DNA of 64,000 nucleotides from Macrostomum lignano (Eukaryota): NCBI GenBank assembly GCA_002269645.1, contig NIVC01003258.1, positions 44,974 to 108,973 of the forward strand, read 5' to 3'. Shown piece by piece: positions 32,523 to 46,600 of this stretch (position 1 is its first letter; each line of letters starts with the position of its first letter). The notes under the pieces were generated by a model. It saw only the letters and a program-made list of their open reading frames with translations, ran no database searches and was not told where the DNA came from. The position numbers and the translations under genes were made by a program.

Positions 32523-34308
32523 GGCGGCAACTCGAACCGCGCTCGAAGTAACTGGTTGTTATCCCTACCTTGGCCTTGGCCAGACCTGCCGACCTGATCC
32601 CCTTCGGCTTCTGCAGCGTCTTCGACGTCTGATCCCCCTTCCCCCGGCAGCGGCAGTTTCGGCTTCAACAGCTAAGTTCCCCTCGAGAGGTTTCACCAGT
32701 ACTTCTCGGCCGTGAACAAAGGGGAGCAACAGCAATCGGCAGGTGAAGAGTAACGGCGGCACTCGTCAGTTAAGATCAGCAGCAGCATCCTATCTGAGCG
32801 CTTCAGTCTCTGTGGATTCCTTGGCCACCGGCAGATAAGTCCTCTGATTGGTTGGGTGAGAGGCTTTCTTGACCTGCTAAACTGGGTGCGCCCTTTGTCT
32901 GACCCCTTCCTAGGTAGTCTGATAGGATTTGCACTTTTGCTTACTTGCTTTTGTGTGTAGAACTCGAGGCAGAAGTGTCAGTTAATATTAAAAGTAGCCA
33001 TTCGCTCTAACTCAATCTGAAGGTGTTTAGAATTGCGGATTAAGTGAGAGAGTCAAATTTGGAAGTTAAAGACTTAGCGTTTTCTTTTTTTCGCAATGCC
33101 AGCTGAGATGAGCGGCTAGATCTAGAGGCAGAGGTCACAGTGAACCGGAAGCGACACAGCTCTCAGTCAATCAGTCGATCTAAGAAAACATGATAAGCAT
33201 GCAGATTAAGTGCCAGACTGGTGCTTTCACGCGGTCTCAGTCTCAGGCAGCTAAGCGGCTAAAACGAGTTAAATGTTAATCTAAAGATCTCCAAAAGTAA
33301 CAATGCATCTACATCATCGCTATCTGTCGACGTGTTAACACATTTAGTGCCAAAAGCGTGCAGTTACGTGTACTGATACATGAACTTCTTGGAATTTGGT
33401 AATGAAATAGTACATTTAGTAGTGTATAGAGGCTCGCCAGCGCAATAACCTCCTGCAGAAGTCCTCTCTGTCTCTGCATGGCCAATGCGATCTTAGTCCC
33501 AGCAGTGTCCCTTCTATTCGGCTATGACTTCGAGATTTAGACAGCTAAAAGACATTAGATGGCAGGTAAGTACAGAGTCCCTCTAGTCGGAAGTCCGATT
33601 TCGATAGCTCCGGTTTGGTGAGCCGGGGCGCACGGACTGGTGGCAGAGGGTTAGTTAATCTGCGGATTAGCTAATCTCTACCTTTCAAATTCTCCCTGCT
33701 TGTCTCTCGCTGTCTCCTCTTAGCTATAGGACCTTGCTGCTCGCCAACAACCTAGCTACCATGGGGCTGACCATCTGACAGGAGTGAGAGGCCAGAGTTC
33801 TAAGTGATTCATTTCTGAGTTCTGAGGCCCGAAGCTATAGGCTTAAAAAGGCCGAACCCATTATATAAATGACTAATACAGCGCACCCCTAAAAGCACTC
33901 AAGATTCCGATAATTGAGCAGCATTTTAATCACGATATATAATACAGTATATTTCTTGTGCAGTAAATGACTCGATCAAGCTATTACGCGATCACGATAT
34001 ATTTATAACCTTATATTACCTTTACCTTTAGCGTCTCATTGACAGACAATCGAAATTACTTTAACACTACATGTATATAAACCTTTTTTCAGCTGAGTTT
34101 TTCTTTAATTTGATGATTTCTTCTCAGAGCCGCGAGCCTACTGTCTATGGTAGAACCCAATTCCACTATATCATAGACATCTTGATTCGATTCTGTTGTT
34201 TTTTGCTACAGTAAAGACGTTTTCGTATCCGCGACGTTCCGCGCGAAAGCTTGCACTTGTTTTTATAATAGATTGATATAAACGAAATTATTTGTATTAA
34301 TCAGCTGG

Positions 34309-35158
34309 ATGTCATCAAATATTAGTAAGTTACTGCTGACTTTTATGGCACTGTCATTTATGACACTCGGTTCACCTGCGCCACATTGCGAAAACACCAA
34401 AGACATAAACAAGTTTCTTACCGACTTGGACACCGCTTGCTTTTCATTCTTCAAAATTCACGAATGTCGATACTATGTGTACAAAATATCCGTCTATTTC
34501 GATCTTCGCAAGGTTAATAGGTGAGTGCCATTAATTGTGGTGAAGAGTGTGCATAAGATGTTGCTGCCACAAAAGTAGGTTTCCGAACGTAAATTACAAT
34601 AAGCTGGTAAATAGTCTGTCAGCTGAATGAAAGCGTCGGCAAGACGTTGGAATGTCGAGATGGAGGTGGGAAAGATTCTTAAATCAGCATGGGTCAATTT
34701 GCTAACTTGGTGTCAACAGTTATACATTAATTAAAGATTAGATAGGTTACTAAAGAATGCGAATGAACTAATAAAACTTCATGGCTAAATGTACGCCACT
34801 GTGACCTTATTACCACAAAAAACCTTGCAGCGTAATGAAGCATCACTATCCATTCGATTCTTACCAAACGTTCAACCAATCGCGGAAAAAACTGCTGCAA
34901 AGCTGCAGATCCGGCTGGTGGGACAACTCGGAGTTGAATCAGCAAAATTGCAATTGCGGCAACATGTACCGCGTGCTCACTTCGCCTCTGGTAGTGAAAT
35001 CCTTTATACCTGCCGGGCTTAACAATTTCGATGATCAACAGAGAAAAAATTTGTACTTTGAGCTTTGCTACTATTTGGCGATGAGGCACTATGTACTCGT
35101 GACAGACAATGCAAATACTGGCGGGGTGATGTGCGACGACCATCAGCACACTTCTTGA
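34309..35158 (+). CDS. Candidate small secreted Cys-containing orphan protein, 179 aa; exons 34309-34520 and 34831-35158
   Basis: Signal-peptide-like N-terminus MSSNISKLLLTFMALSFMTLGSPA. The AG|GTGAGT donor at 34521 and TTGCAG acceptor at 34830 are phase-compatible (phase 2) and fuse two ORFs. 8 Cys; ATTAAA near 35197. Confidence 0.5.
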
Positions 35159-35662
35159 TCAGACCATTCTTTACCTAAATTTCAATCTGTTCGACAATTA
35201 AACAATATACCGGTACATCTTTAAAACTCCTTGTGTTATCACACTTTCATCGACAAAACTTGAAACTGTGCTTTTTGAAAGTTTTTTAATAACCTTTTAA
35301 ACTACTTACATCAGCAAGGTCAGCAAGGCTCTACGCTCATATGATAGAAAATTCCCAAATAATTTTACTGCTTACCATGGATGAATGAATAGAATGGATT
35401 GCTATTCTGGCTCTGGCTATTTTCGTTTTTGACTCTTTTGCATCCGGTTCCCCCCCGTGCCTTTTCATTGGTTGATGATTGCCATAGACAATTTTCGGCC
35501 TTCGCCCCTTTCTTTCGATGCACAAGCGCTTTCGCTCGTGTTTTGAAATAAAGGGGGAAGACCTACAAGCACGATTCGAGAGTCGATTCGTCTACAATAA
35601 AATCAGTTCTTTGCGCTTGTTGTTGTTGTTTACTCACTGCTTATTTTACTTTGATCACTACC

Positions 35663-36609
35663 ATGCCTAATGGCTCAAAGCGCTACTGTGCTGCACTAGG
35701 ATGTCTATCCAAGTCAGGGATGCGGGACGACACTGGAGTGAATATCAGCTTCTTTTCTTTTCCTGTCAAATCTCCACTTCAACTGACCGAATGGATGAGC
35801 AATGTGAAGATGGCACCGCAGTTTGTCTTGACAAAGAGCTCAGTATTGTGTGAGAAGCACTTTGCGGCGTCTGACTTCATCATTAGCACACAGGGAACAC
35901 AATCGCCTGGCGCCTACAGGAAGCGGCTAAGACCCGGATCTGTGCCAAAGCCGGAACACCTACCGTCGATACTCGCTGACGAGGAGCCAGTTGGCACTCC
36001 ACAACAACAGCAGCCAGTATCGTCAACATCGGTGAGAGCTGAAAAGGTCACAAAGCAAAAACATGCGCAAGCGCTAAGACGGAATGCAATGCTCAGACGC
36101 ACTATCAAAAGTATGCAATTTGAACGGATGAAATTGATCCTGCAGTTTAAGCGCAGTCGCAGGCAGCTTTTGCTGGCAAATCGCAAACTGCGGGCTGCGA
36201 TGGAAAGAGTTCGAAATTTGCAGAAATGCTCTAAGATCTCCAGCGACGTCGCCAGTCGCGTTCGGTCTTTTCTGACAGAAAATGGCAAGATTCTGCTACA
36301 GCATACTACAAAAGAAAAGCGAGGCGCATTCTCGGTTGCTATGCGTTTGCTGCGCTTGCTGCTCGATTGCACTATTGCTCGCCGAAGGCGTACTCAGTAG
36401 TGAGTAGATTTATTAGGCTACCTGCTTCTTCCACAATCCGCAAATGGTTGTGCAATTCCGACGGAAGTCCCGGAGTTTCGGCGACTGCAATTGGAAAGAT
36501 TCGAGACCTCAGTATAGAGTCGAAGATGAGCTGTGAATGGGTGCTGGTGATTGATGGGGTGGTGATTAGAAAGCAGTTATGCTGGAGTAAGCAAAGGAAA
36601 GCGTGATTG
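35663..36609 (+). pseudogene. THAP-domain P-element-like (THAP9-like) transposase, frameshifted and truncated
   Basis: C2CH THAP finger (YCAALGC...FFSFP...EW...VLCEKHF) and a basic coiled coil. After a frameshift near 36345: FAALAARLHYCSPKAY...LPASSTIRKW...VLVIDGVVIRKQL, typical of the P-element transposase N-terminal catalytic region. Stop at 36609. Confidence 0.8.
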
Positions 36610-36967
36610 GCCATGAGGACCTCGGCGAAGGTGTTGCGCAGCTGTAGTGTTCCGACTCTAATTTCATGTGATTTAATCATTCTAACAGTCTGTTCTCATC
36701 GTTACTGGTATCGTATATGTGTGTTGTTTTCCTGTTCCAATTTCACTCAATTTCACCATTCTAACAGTCTGTGTTGTCATGTACGTTAATAGAATCGTGT
36801 ACCACAAGTTTTGATGCGTGATGCACACACAAAGGTACTCCCTCGATGATGATGATGGGCGAAATAGAAGTTACTTGTGTTGAAATAGAACTTTAAAACT
36901 AATTTCATAACTCCAATAGTAAAATTCAGATAAAGCATCGCCAGTAATCCATTATTGTAGCATTGTC

Positions 36968-37690
36968 NNNNNNNNNNNNNNNNNNNNNNNNNNNNNNNNN
37001 NNNNNNNNNNNNNNNNNNNNNNNNNNNNNNNNNNNNNNNNNNNNNNNNNNNNNNNNNNNNNNNNNNNNNNNNNNNNNNNNNNNNNNNNNNNNNNNNNNNN
37101 NNNNNNNNNNNNNNNNNNNNNNNNNNNNNNNNNNNNNNNNNNNNNNNNNNNNNNNNNNNNNNNNNNNNNNNNNNNNNNNNNNNNNNNNNNNNNNNNNNNN
37201 NNNNNNNNNNNNNNNNNNNNNNNNNNNNNNNNNNNNNNNNNNNNNNNNNNNNNNNNNNNNNNNNNNNNNNNNNNNNNNNNNNNNNNNNNNNNNNNNNNNN
37301 NNNNNNNNNNNNNNNNNNNNNNNNNNNNNNNNNNNNNNNNNNNNNNNNNNNNNNNNNNNNNNNNNNNNNNNNNNNNNNNNNNNNNNNNNNNNNNNNNNNN
37401 NNNNNNNNNNNNNNNNNNNNNNNNNNNNNNNNNNNNNNNNNNNNNNNNNNNNNNNNNNNNNNNNNNNNNNNNNNNNNNNNNNNNNNNNNNNNNNNNNNNN
37501 NNNNNNNNNNNNNNNNNNNNNNNNNNNNNNNNNNNNNNNNNNNNNNNNNNNNNNNNNNNNNNNNNNNNNNNNNNNNNNNNNNNNNNNNNNNNNNNNNNNN
37601 NNNNNNNNNNNNNNNNNNNNNNNNNNNNNNNNNNNNNNNNNNNNNNNNNNNNNNNNNNNNNNNNNNNNNNNNNNNNNNNNNNNNNNNNNN
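36968..37690. other. Assembly gap (723 N)
   Basis: Run of N; ORFs 36926..37798 and 36963..37787 are artefacts of it. Confidence 1.
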
Positions 37691-40600
37691 TTCGTCTGTA
37701 CCCTCTCCTGTCTCTTGTCTCCTCTCTTCTCTCATATCTCTCAGTTTCAACGCTGAGTTACTATTCAAGGAGGAGTTGTCGAAATGACAGACAGACACAC
37801 AGACAGACAGACAAACAACGCGTCAACTTTAGTATATACGAGTGGAACTCCTCCTCTGGAGGAGAAATGGAAGAACTCCCATCACCGGAATTCTGAAGGG
37901 GAAGAACTCCCATCACCGGAATTCTGAAGGGGAAGAACTCCTATCAGCTGAAATTCAATGAATTGAATCCCATCTTCCAAATCATCTCCAAATCCTCTAC
38001 AATCTATCAACTCCCATCTCTCAACTCTTGCGGCCTGCGCTCTGATTTTTATTTTTACTCTCTTCTTTCTCCTCACTAATTACTTCTCTCTGCACTTTTA
38101 TCTCTCTCATCTCTATCTTCCATCTCTCTTCTCCCTCCTCTCTCCCCTGCTCTCTCATCCCTCATCTCCTCATCTCACTCTTTCTTTCTCCTCTACTCTC
38201 CCTCTCTTCTATTGCCTCTGTACGCTCTTATCCCTCATTTATTCTCTCTCCTATCATCTCCAATCTGTCATGTCTAATCTCTCCACTCAATTATACTCTG
38301 TTTTCTATCATCTCTTCTCTCTTCTCTTCTCAGTCTTCTCTTTACTCTCTTCTCTGACTGATTGAAGATGCCAAATCCATCAAGATCCTCTCTGCGAAGC
38401 AAAAATCCTGTCTGTGCAACTAAAAACCATCGAAATCCTCTCAGTGAAACTGGACTCCTTCGAAATCCTCTCCTTGAAACTTAAATCCATCAAAATTGTT
38501 TCCATAAAACAGAAATCAATCATAAATTATCTCCGCGAAACAGAAAGCCTCTCCGTGAAGCTGAACATGATCGAAATCCTCTCCGTGAAACTGAACACCA
38601 TGGAAATCCTTTCGTGAAACTGAACATCATCGAAATCCTCTCCACGAAACAGAAATCTTCTCCGTCAGAATTTAAACATTGAAATCGTCTCCGCTAAACT
38701 TGACTTAATCGAATTTTTTCCGTCAAACAACTCAACTCGCCAGATTCATTAGGGTTAGGGTTAGGGTTAGGGTTAGGGTTAGAACTACGCACAGCTTCGT
38801 GTTAAAAGGCACTGATAAAAATATTGAATTAATTGAATCAAATCATTGCGCAACCGATTTCACAGTCAGTCAGTATCAGTCTCAGTTAAAGTTAACAAAA
38901 ACATTGCGCAATCTAAATCAACCCTCCAATACACAGCAGCAGTGAGAAGTTGAACCCTCCCCCAACTTTATCTATTACGTCTCGCAAAACTGAGTACAAT
39001 TTTTGCAGAAAGTTAAAAGTATGGAAATAGTTTTTTAAATGCGGTGCTTTTTCTTTTCATATTTAAAGCAAACAACTTATATCCCTAAACTCAGCGTTGC
39101 AAGATCTTTCCAGCAATATAAGTCTCTCCTCTCAAAGTTTAAAACTCAAGGATCAGTTAGCGTTTGAAATTTACCGATTTCCTGACTGCTTGCCTGTGAG
39201 GCTCGCAATTTTGTACATTGAATTTCACTGCCAAGCTAATACACAGGGCCGATAATAAAAAAGCTAACCAATTGAATCAATTGATTGCGCAATATATTTC
39301 TGTGTTAGTCAGTATAAGTCTCAGTTAAAGTTAACACAAAGTTTGCGCAATCTAATCAACCCTCCAATACAAAGCAACTGACCCCTTCCTATACACAGCG
39401 CCAGTTAGAAGTCGAAACCCCCAACTTTATCTCTCACCTCTCGCCAAAATGAGTACAATCTTTGCAGAAAGTTTAAAGTATGGAAATAGTTTTTGCAATG
39501 CAGAGCTTTTAGTTTTCATATTTGAAGCAAACAATTTATATCCCTGAAATCAGCTTTGCAAGTTCTTTCCAGCAATATAAATTTTTTCTCTCAAAGTTAA
39601 AAACTCGAGCAACAGTTTGCGTTTGAAACTTTCTGATTTAAAGCATTGAAATATCGATTGTACGTTCACTGCCTGCTAAAGAGGCCCGCAAGTTTATGCA
39701 TTGAATTTCAAGGTTCAACAAAATCACAGGGCTGCCTATTGAAAATTAGAACACAAATCTTTGCGCAATTGTCTATACAGTCAGCCAGTGAGCCAGGGTC
39801 CGATTGTACACAGGCAGCCATTTAGAACGCCCCATCCCCCCACTGGAGAGAAAATACACTGCAGAGATAGGGAAAAGTTGTGGCGCAATCACTTGAAATT
39901 CATGCAAATTTTCAGCTCCAAGCAGAAAGAGGGTACAATTAAGATTATCAAAGGTCAAGACCGCCGTTTTCTGCTTTTTTGAGGATCTTAGAAATTAAAA
40001 TTTCAGAATTAAAATAGCCTATAGCCGACCTCGGATAATTTCCAATCTTCCCATATAAGTTTCAACGCTGAGTTGCCACTATTCAAGGAGGAGTTGTCGA
40101 AATGACACACACACACACAGACAGACAGACAAACAACACGTCAACTTTAGTATATATAGAAGTGGAACTCCTCCTTCGGAGGAGAAAGGGGAAGAACTCC
40201 CATCACCGGAATTCCATTCCCTGAAATCCATCAGCTGAAACTCCATGACTTGAATCCCATCTTCCAAATCGTCTCCAAATTCTTTACAAAACCTTTGAAA
40301 GACCATAGCTCAAAGACTCTTACGTCTCTCATATCTCCTCTCTCCTCTCTTCGCTATTATCGTGACTCTCTTCTCTCTCCTCTCTCTCATCTCATCTCTA
40401 CCCCTACTCCCTTATTTATATCTTCTCCCTGGTCTTTCGTCTCTACTCTCTCCTGTCTCATTTCTCCCCTCTTTTCTCCTCTCTTCTCTCTCCCCTCTCC
40501 TCCCTCATCTCTCATCCTTCATCTCACTCTTTCTTTCTTCTCTACTCTCCCCTCTCATCTATTTCCCCTGTACGCTCTTATCCCTCATCTCTATTCTCTC

Positions 40601-43600
40601 TCCTATCATCTCTCCAAATTCTTTACAAAACCTTTCAAAGACCATAGCTCAAAGACTCTCACGTCTCTCATATCTCCTCTCTCATATCTCTTCCCTCATC
40701 TCACTCTTTCTTTCTCCTCTACTCTCCCCTCTCTTCTATTTCCTCTGTACGCTCTTATCCGTCATCTATTCTCTTTTCTATTATCTCTCTTGTCTCCCTC
40801 TGCTATCTCATATCTCCCCTCTCATCTCCTCTCTCCTCTTCTCTTCTCTCTCCCTCTTCGTTTCCGCCTTACTCCCCTCTTCTCTTCCATCGGTCATGTC
40901 TAATCTATCCACTCATTTCTACTCTGTTTTATACCATCTCATGTCTCTTCTCTTTTTGATCTTCTCTTTACTCTCTTTTATGACTGATTGAAGATGCCAA
41001 ATCTATCAAGATCCTCTCCGCGAAGCAGAAATCCTCTCCGTGAAACTGAAAACCATTGAAATCCTCTCCGCGAAACAGAAATCCTCTCCGTGAAACTGAA
41101 AACCATTGAAATTATCTCTTTAAAACTGGACTCAATCGAAATTTTCTCCGTCAAAAAGAATAAAATATTAGGATTCATTGGTTAGGGTTATTGTTAGGGT
41201 TAGGGTTAGGGTTAGAGCTACACACAGCTGCGTGTTTAAATAAAAAATTGAGCCAATTGAATCAATTGATTGCGCAACCGATTTCAAAGTCAGTCAGTAT
41301 CAGTCTCAGGTAAAGTGAACAAAAAGATTGCGCAATTTAAATCAACCCTCCAGTACACAGAGCCCGGCCCCTTTTCAATACGCAGTGGCAGTTAGAAATT
41401 GAACCCGGGTGTTGGGGGCATTGAACTAAAAATGAGTACAATCTTTGCAGAAAGCTAAAAGTATGGAAATAGTTTTTGTATGCTGTGCTTTTAGTCTTTA
41501 TATTTAAAGCAAACAATTTATATCCTCGAACTCAGCGTTGCAAGATCTTTTCAGCAGTATAAGTCTCTTCTCTTAAAGTTTAGAACTCGAAGAGCAGTTA
41601 GCGTTTGAAAGTTCCCGTTTTAAAGCATTGAAATATCGAGTGTACGTTCACTGCCTGCCAAAGAGGCTCGCAAGTTTATTCATTCATTACACAGGCCGGC
41701 TATTACACGGGGCAGCCTATTAAAAGGCACAGATAATGAAACAAATTGATGTCGCAACCGATTTCACAGTCAGTCATTATCAGTCTCAGTTAAAGTTAAC
41801 AAAAACATTGCGCAATATAAATCAACCCTCCAATCCACAGCAGTAGTGAGAAGTTGAACCCTCCCCCCAACTTTATCTATTTCGTCTCGCAAAACTGAGT
41901 ACAATATTTGCAAAAAGTTAAAAGTATGGAAATAGTTTTTCAAATGCTGTGCTTTTTCTTTTCATATTTAAAGCAAACAATTTATATCCCCGAACTCAGC
42001 GTTCCAAGATCTTTCCAGCAATATAAGTCTCTTCTTTCAAAGTTTAAAACTCGAGGAACAGTTAGCGTTTGAAACTGTCTGATTTATAGCATTGAAGTAT
42101 CGATTGTACGTTCACTGCCTGCTAAAGAGGCCCGCAAGTTTATGCATTGAATTTCAAGGTTCAACAAAATCACAGGGCTGCCTATTGAAAATTAGAACAC
42201 AAATCTTTGCGCAATTGTCTATACAGTCAGCCAGTGAGCCAGGGTCCGATTGTACACAGGCAGCCATTTAGAACGCCCCATCCCCCACTGGAGAGAAAAT
42301 ACACTGCAGAGATAGGGAAAAGTTGTGGCGCAATCACTTGAAATTCATGCAAATTTTCAGCTCCAAGCAGAAAGAGGGGACAATTAAGATTATCAAAGGT
42401 CAAGACCGCCGTTTTCTGCTTTTTTGAGGATCTTAGAAATTAAAATTTCAGAATTAAAATAGCCTATAGCCGACCTCGGATAATTTCCAATCTTCCCATA
42501 TAAGTTTCAACGCTGAGTTGGCACTATTCAAGGAGGAGTTGTCGAAATGACAGACAGACATACAGACAGACATACAGACAGACATACAGACAGACAAACA
42601 ACGCGTCAACTTTAGTATATACGAGTGGAACTCCTCCTTCGGAGGAGAAAGGGGAAGAACTCCCATCACCGGAATTCTATTCCCTGAAATATCCATCAAC
42701 TGAAATTCCATGTCTTTAACCCTATCTTCCAAATCGTCTCCAAATTCTTTACAAAATCTTTCAAAGACCATAGCTCAAAGACTCTCAAGTCTCTCATATC
42801 TCCTCTCTCCTCTCTCTCATCTCATCTCTACCCCTGCTCCCTTATTTATCTCTTCTCCCTCGTCTTTCGTCTGTACCTTCTCCTGTCTTCTGTCTCCTCT
42901 CTTCACTCTTATCTCTCCCTCTTCTCTCCTCTCTCATATGTCATCTCTACTCACTTATCTATCGTCTCTTTTAATCCTCTCTCTCTCTTCTCTTTTCTCT
43001 TCTGTCTGCTCTCATTTCTCATATTTCATATACGCTCTGACACTACTTTCTTGTCTCACATCTTTCTTCCTCCTTTTCACTATCCCCTGTCTCTTCTCTT
43101 CTCTCTTTTCTATTCTCTCCATTCTCTCTTTTCTCCTTTCCTTGCTCCTTTCATCTCTCTCCTCTCTCCTCACTCTCTTCTCCTTTCGCTTCTCTCTCCT
43201 CTCTCTCCTCTCATCTTTACTACCTTATTTATATCTTCTCCCTAGTCTTTCGTCTGTACTCTCTCCTGTCTCCTCTCTCCCTGCTCTCTCATCCCTCATC
43301 TCCTCATCTCACTCTTTCTTTCTCCTCTACTCTCCCCTCTCTTCTATTGCCTCTGTACGCTCTTATCCCTCATCTATTCTCTCTCCTATCATCTCCAATC
43401 TGTCATGTCTAATCTCTCCACTCAATTATACTCTGTTTTCTATCATCTCTTCTCTCTTCTCTTTTCAGTCTTCTCTTTACTCTCTTCTCTGACTGATTGA
43501 AGATGCCAAATCCATCAAGATCCTCTCCGCGAAGCAAAAATCCTGTCTGTGCAACTAAAAACCATCGAAATCCTCTCAGTGAAACTGGACTCCTTCGAAA

Positions 43601-46600
43601 TCCTCTCCTTGAAACCTGAATCCATCAAAATTGTTTCCATAAAACAGAAATCAATCATAAATTATCTCAGCGAAACAGAAAGCCTCTCCGTGAAGCTGAA
43701 CATGATCGAAATCCTCTCCGTGAAACTGAACACCATGGAAATCCTTTCGTGAAACTGAACATCATCGAAATCCTCTCCACGAAACAGAAATCTTCTCCGT
43801 CAGAATTTAAGCATTGAAATCGTCTCCGCTAAACTTGACTTAATCGAATTTTTTCCGTCAAACAACTCAACTCGCCAGATTCATTAGGGTTAGGGTTAGG
43901 GTTAGGGTTAGAACTACGCACAGCTTCGTGTTAAAAGGCACTGATAAAAATATTGAATTAATTGAATCAAATCATTGCGCAACCGATTTCACAGTCAGTC
44001 AGTATCAGTCTCAGTTAAAGTTAACAAAAACATTGCGCAATCTAAATCAACCCTCCAATACACAGCAGCAGTGAGAAGTTGAACCCTCCCCCAACTTTAT
44101 CTATTACGTCTCGCAAAACTGAGTACAATTTTTGCAGAAAGTTAAAAGTATGGAAATAGTTTTTTAAATGCGGTGCTTTTTCTTTCATATTTAAAGCAAA
44201 CAACTTATATCCCTAAACTCAGCGTTGCAAGATCTTTCCAGCAATATAAGTTTTCTCCTCTCAAAGTTTAAAACTCAAGGAGCAGTTAGCGTTTGAAATT
44301 TACCGATTTCCCGACTGCTTGCCTGAGAGGCTCGCAATTTTGTACATTGAATTTCACTGCCAAGCTAATACACAGGGCCGATAATAAAAAAGTGAACCAA
44401 TTGAATCAATTGATTGCGCAATATATTTCTGTGTTAGTCAGTATAAGTCTCAGTTAAAGTTAACAAAAAGTTTGCGCAATCTAATCAACCCTCCAATACA
44501 AAGCAACTGACCCCCTTCCTATACACAGCGCCAGTTAGAAGTCGAAACCCCCAACTTTATCTCTCACCTCTCGCCAAAATGAGTACAATCTTTGCAGAAA
44601 GTTTAAAGTATGGAAATAGTTTTTGCAATGCAGAGCTTTTAGTTTTCATATTTGAAGCAAACAATTTATATCCCTGAAATCAGCTTTGCAAGTTCTTTCC
44701 AGCAATATAAATTTTTTCTCTCAAAGTTAAAAACTCGAGCAACAGTTTGCGTTTGAAACTTTCTGATTTAAAGCATTGAAATATCGATTGTACGTTCACT
44801 GCCTGCTAAAGAGGCCCGCAAGTTTATGCATTGAATTTCAAGGTTCAACAAAATCACAGGGCTGCCTATTGAAAATTAGAACACAAATCTTTGCGCAATT
44901 GTCTATACAGTCAGCCAGTGAGCCAGGGTCCGATTGTACACAGGCAGCCATTTAGAACGCCCCATCCCCCCACTGGAGAGAAAATACACTGCAGAGATAG
45001 GGAAAAGTTGTGGCGCAATCACTTGAAATTCATGCAAATTTTCAGCTCCAAGCAGAAAGAGGGGACAATTAAGATTATCAAAGGTCAAGACCGCCGTTTT
45101 CTGCTTTTTTGAGGATCTTAGAAATTAAAATTTCAGAATTAAAATAGCCTATAGCCGACCTCGGATAATTTCCAATCTTCCCATATAAGTTTCAACGCTG
45201 AGTTGGCACTATTCAAGGAGGAGTTGTCGAAATGACAGACAGACACACAGACAGACAGACAAACAACACGTCAACTTTAGTATATATAGATAGAGTAGGA
45301 ACTCCTCCTTCGGAGGAGAAAGGGGAAGAACTCCCATCACCGGAATTCCATTCCCTGAAATCCATCACTGAAACTCCACTTGAATCCCATCTTCCAAATC
45401 GTCTCCAAATTCTTTACAAAATCTTTGAAAGACCATAGCTCAAAGACTCTCACGTCTCTCATATCTCCTCTCTCTCTATTCGCTATTATCGTGACTCTCT
45501 TCTCTCTCCTCTCTCTCATCTCATCTCTACCCGTACTCCCTTATTTATGTTTTATCCCTCGTCTTTCGTCTGTACCCTCTCCTGTCTCTTGTCTCCTCTC
45601 TTCTCTCATATCTCTCCTCTTCACTTCTGTCTCCTGTCTTCTCTCTTCTCTCTTATCTCTCCCTCTTCTCTCCTCTTTTATATGTCATCCCTATTCACTT
45701 ATCTATCGTCTCTCTTAACCCTCTCTCTCTTCTCTTTTCTTTCCTCTCTGCTCTCATTTCTCATATCTCATATACGCTCTCACACTCCACTTACTTGTCT
45801 CCAATCTTTCTTTCCTCCTTTCCACTTTTCCCTGTCTCTTCTCTTCTCTCTTTTCTATCCTCTCCATTCTCTCTTTTCTCCTCCCTTGCTCCTTTTATCT
45901 TCTCCCCTCTCTTCTCTAATCTCTTCTCTCTTCTCTCTTATGTTCTCACTCATCTCTTTTTATCGCATCTCTCATCTCTCCTCTCCTCACTACTTTCCTC
46001 TCTTAACTCTCTTATCTATTTCATCTCTCTCCTCTCTCCTCTTTCTCTTCTCCTCTCGCTTCTTCTCTCGCTTCTCTCTCCTATCTCTCCTCTCATCTCT
46101 ACTACCGTATTTATATCTTCTAACTGGTCCTTCGTCTCTACTCTCTCCTTTCTCCTTTCTCCCCTCTTTTCTCCTTTCTTGTCTCTCCTGTCTCCCCTCC
46201 TCTCTCATCCCTCATCCCTCATCTCACTCTTTCTTTCTCCTCTACTCTCCCCTCTCTTCTATTTTCTCTGTACGCTCTTATCCCTAATCTATTTTCTCTC
46301 CTCTCTCCTCTTTTCTCTCTCTCCCTCTTCGTTCCCGCCTAAATCCCCTCTTCTCTCCAATCTGTCATGTCTAATATCTCCACTTATTTCTACTCTGTTT
46401 TCTATCATCTCATCTCTCTTCTGCTTTCATTCTTCTCTTTACTCTTTTCTCTGACTGATTGAAGATGCCAAATCCATCAAGATCCTCTCCGCGAAGCAGA
46501 AATCCTGTCCGTGCAACTGAAAACCATCGAAATTCTCTCTTTTAAACTGGACTCAATCGAAATTTTCTCCGTCAAAAAAAATAAATATCAGGATTCATTG

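Noticed and set aside
34142-35490. CATAGACA / TGTCTATG motifs as P-element TIRs enclosing the secreted gene
   Set aside because: The orientations do not enclose the gene and there is no shared 8-bp TSD.
36926-37798. ORFs spanning the N run
   Set aside because: Assembly-gap artefacts.
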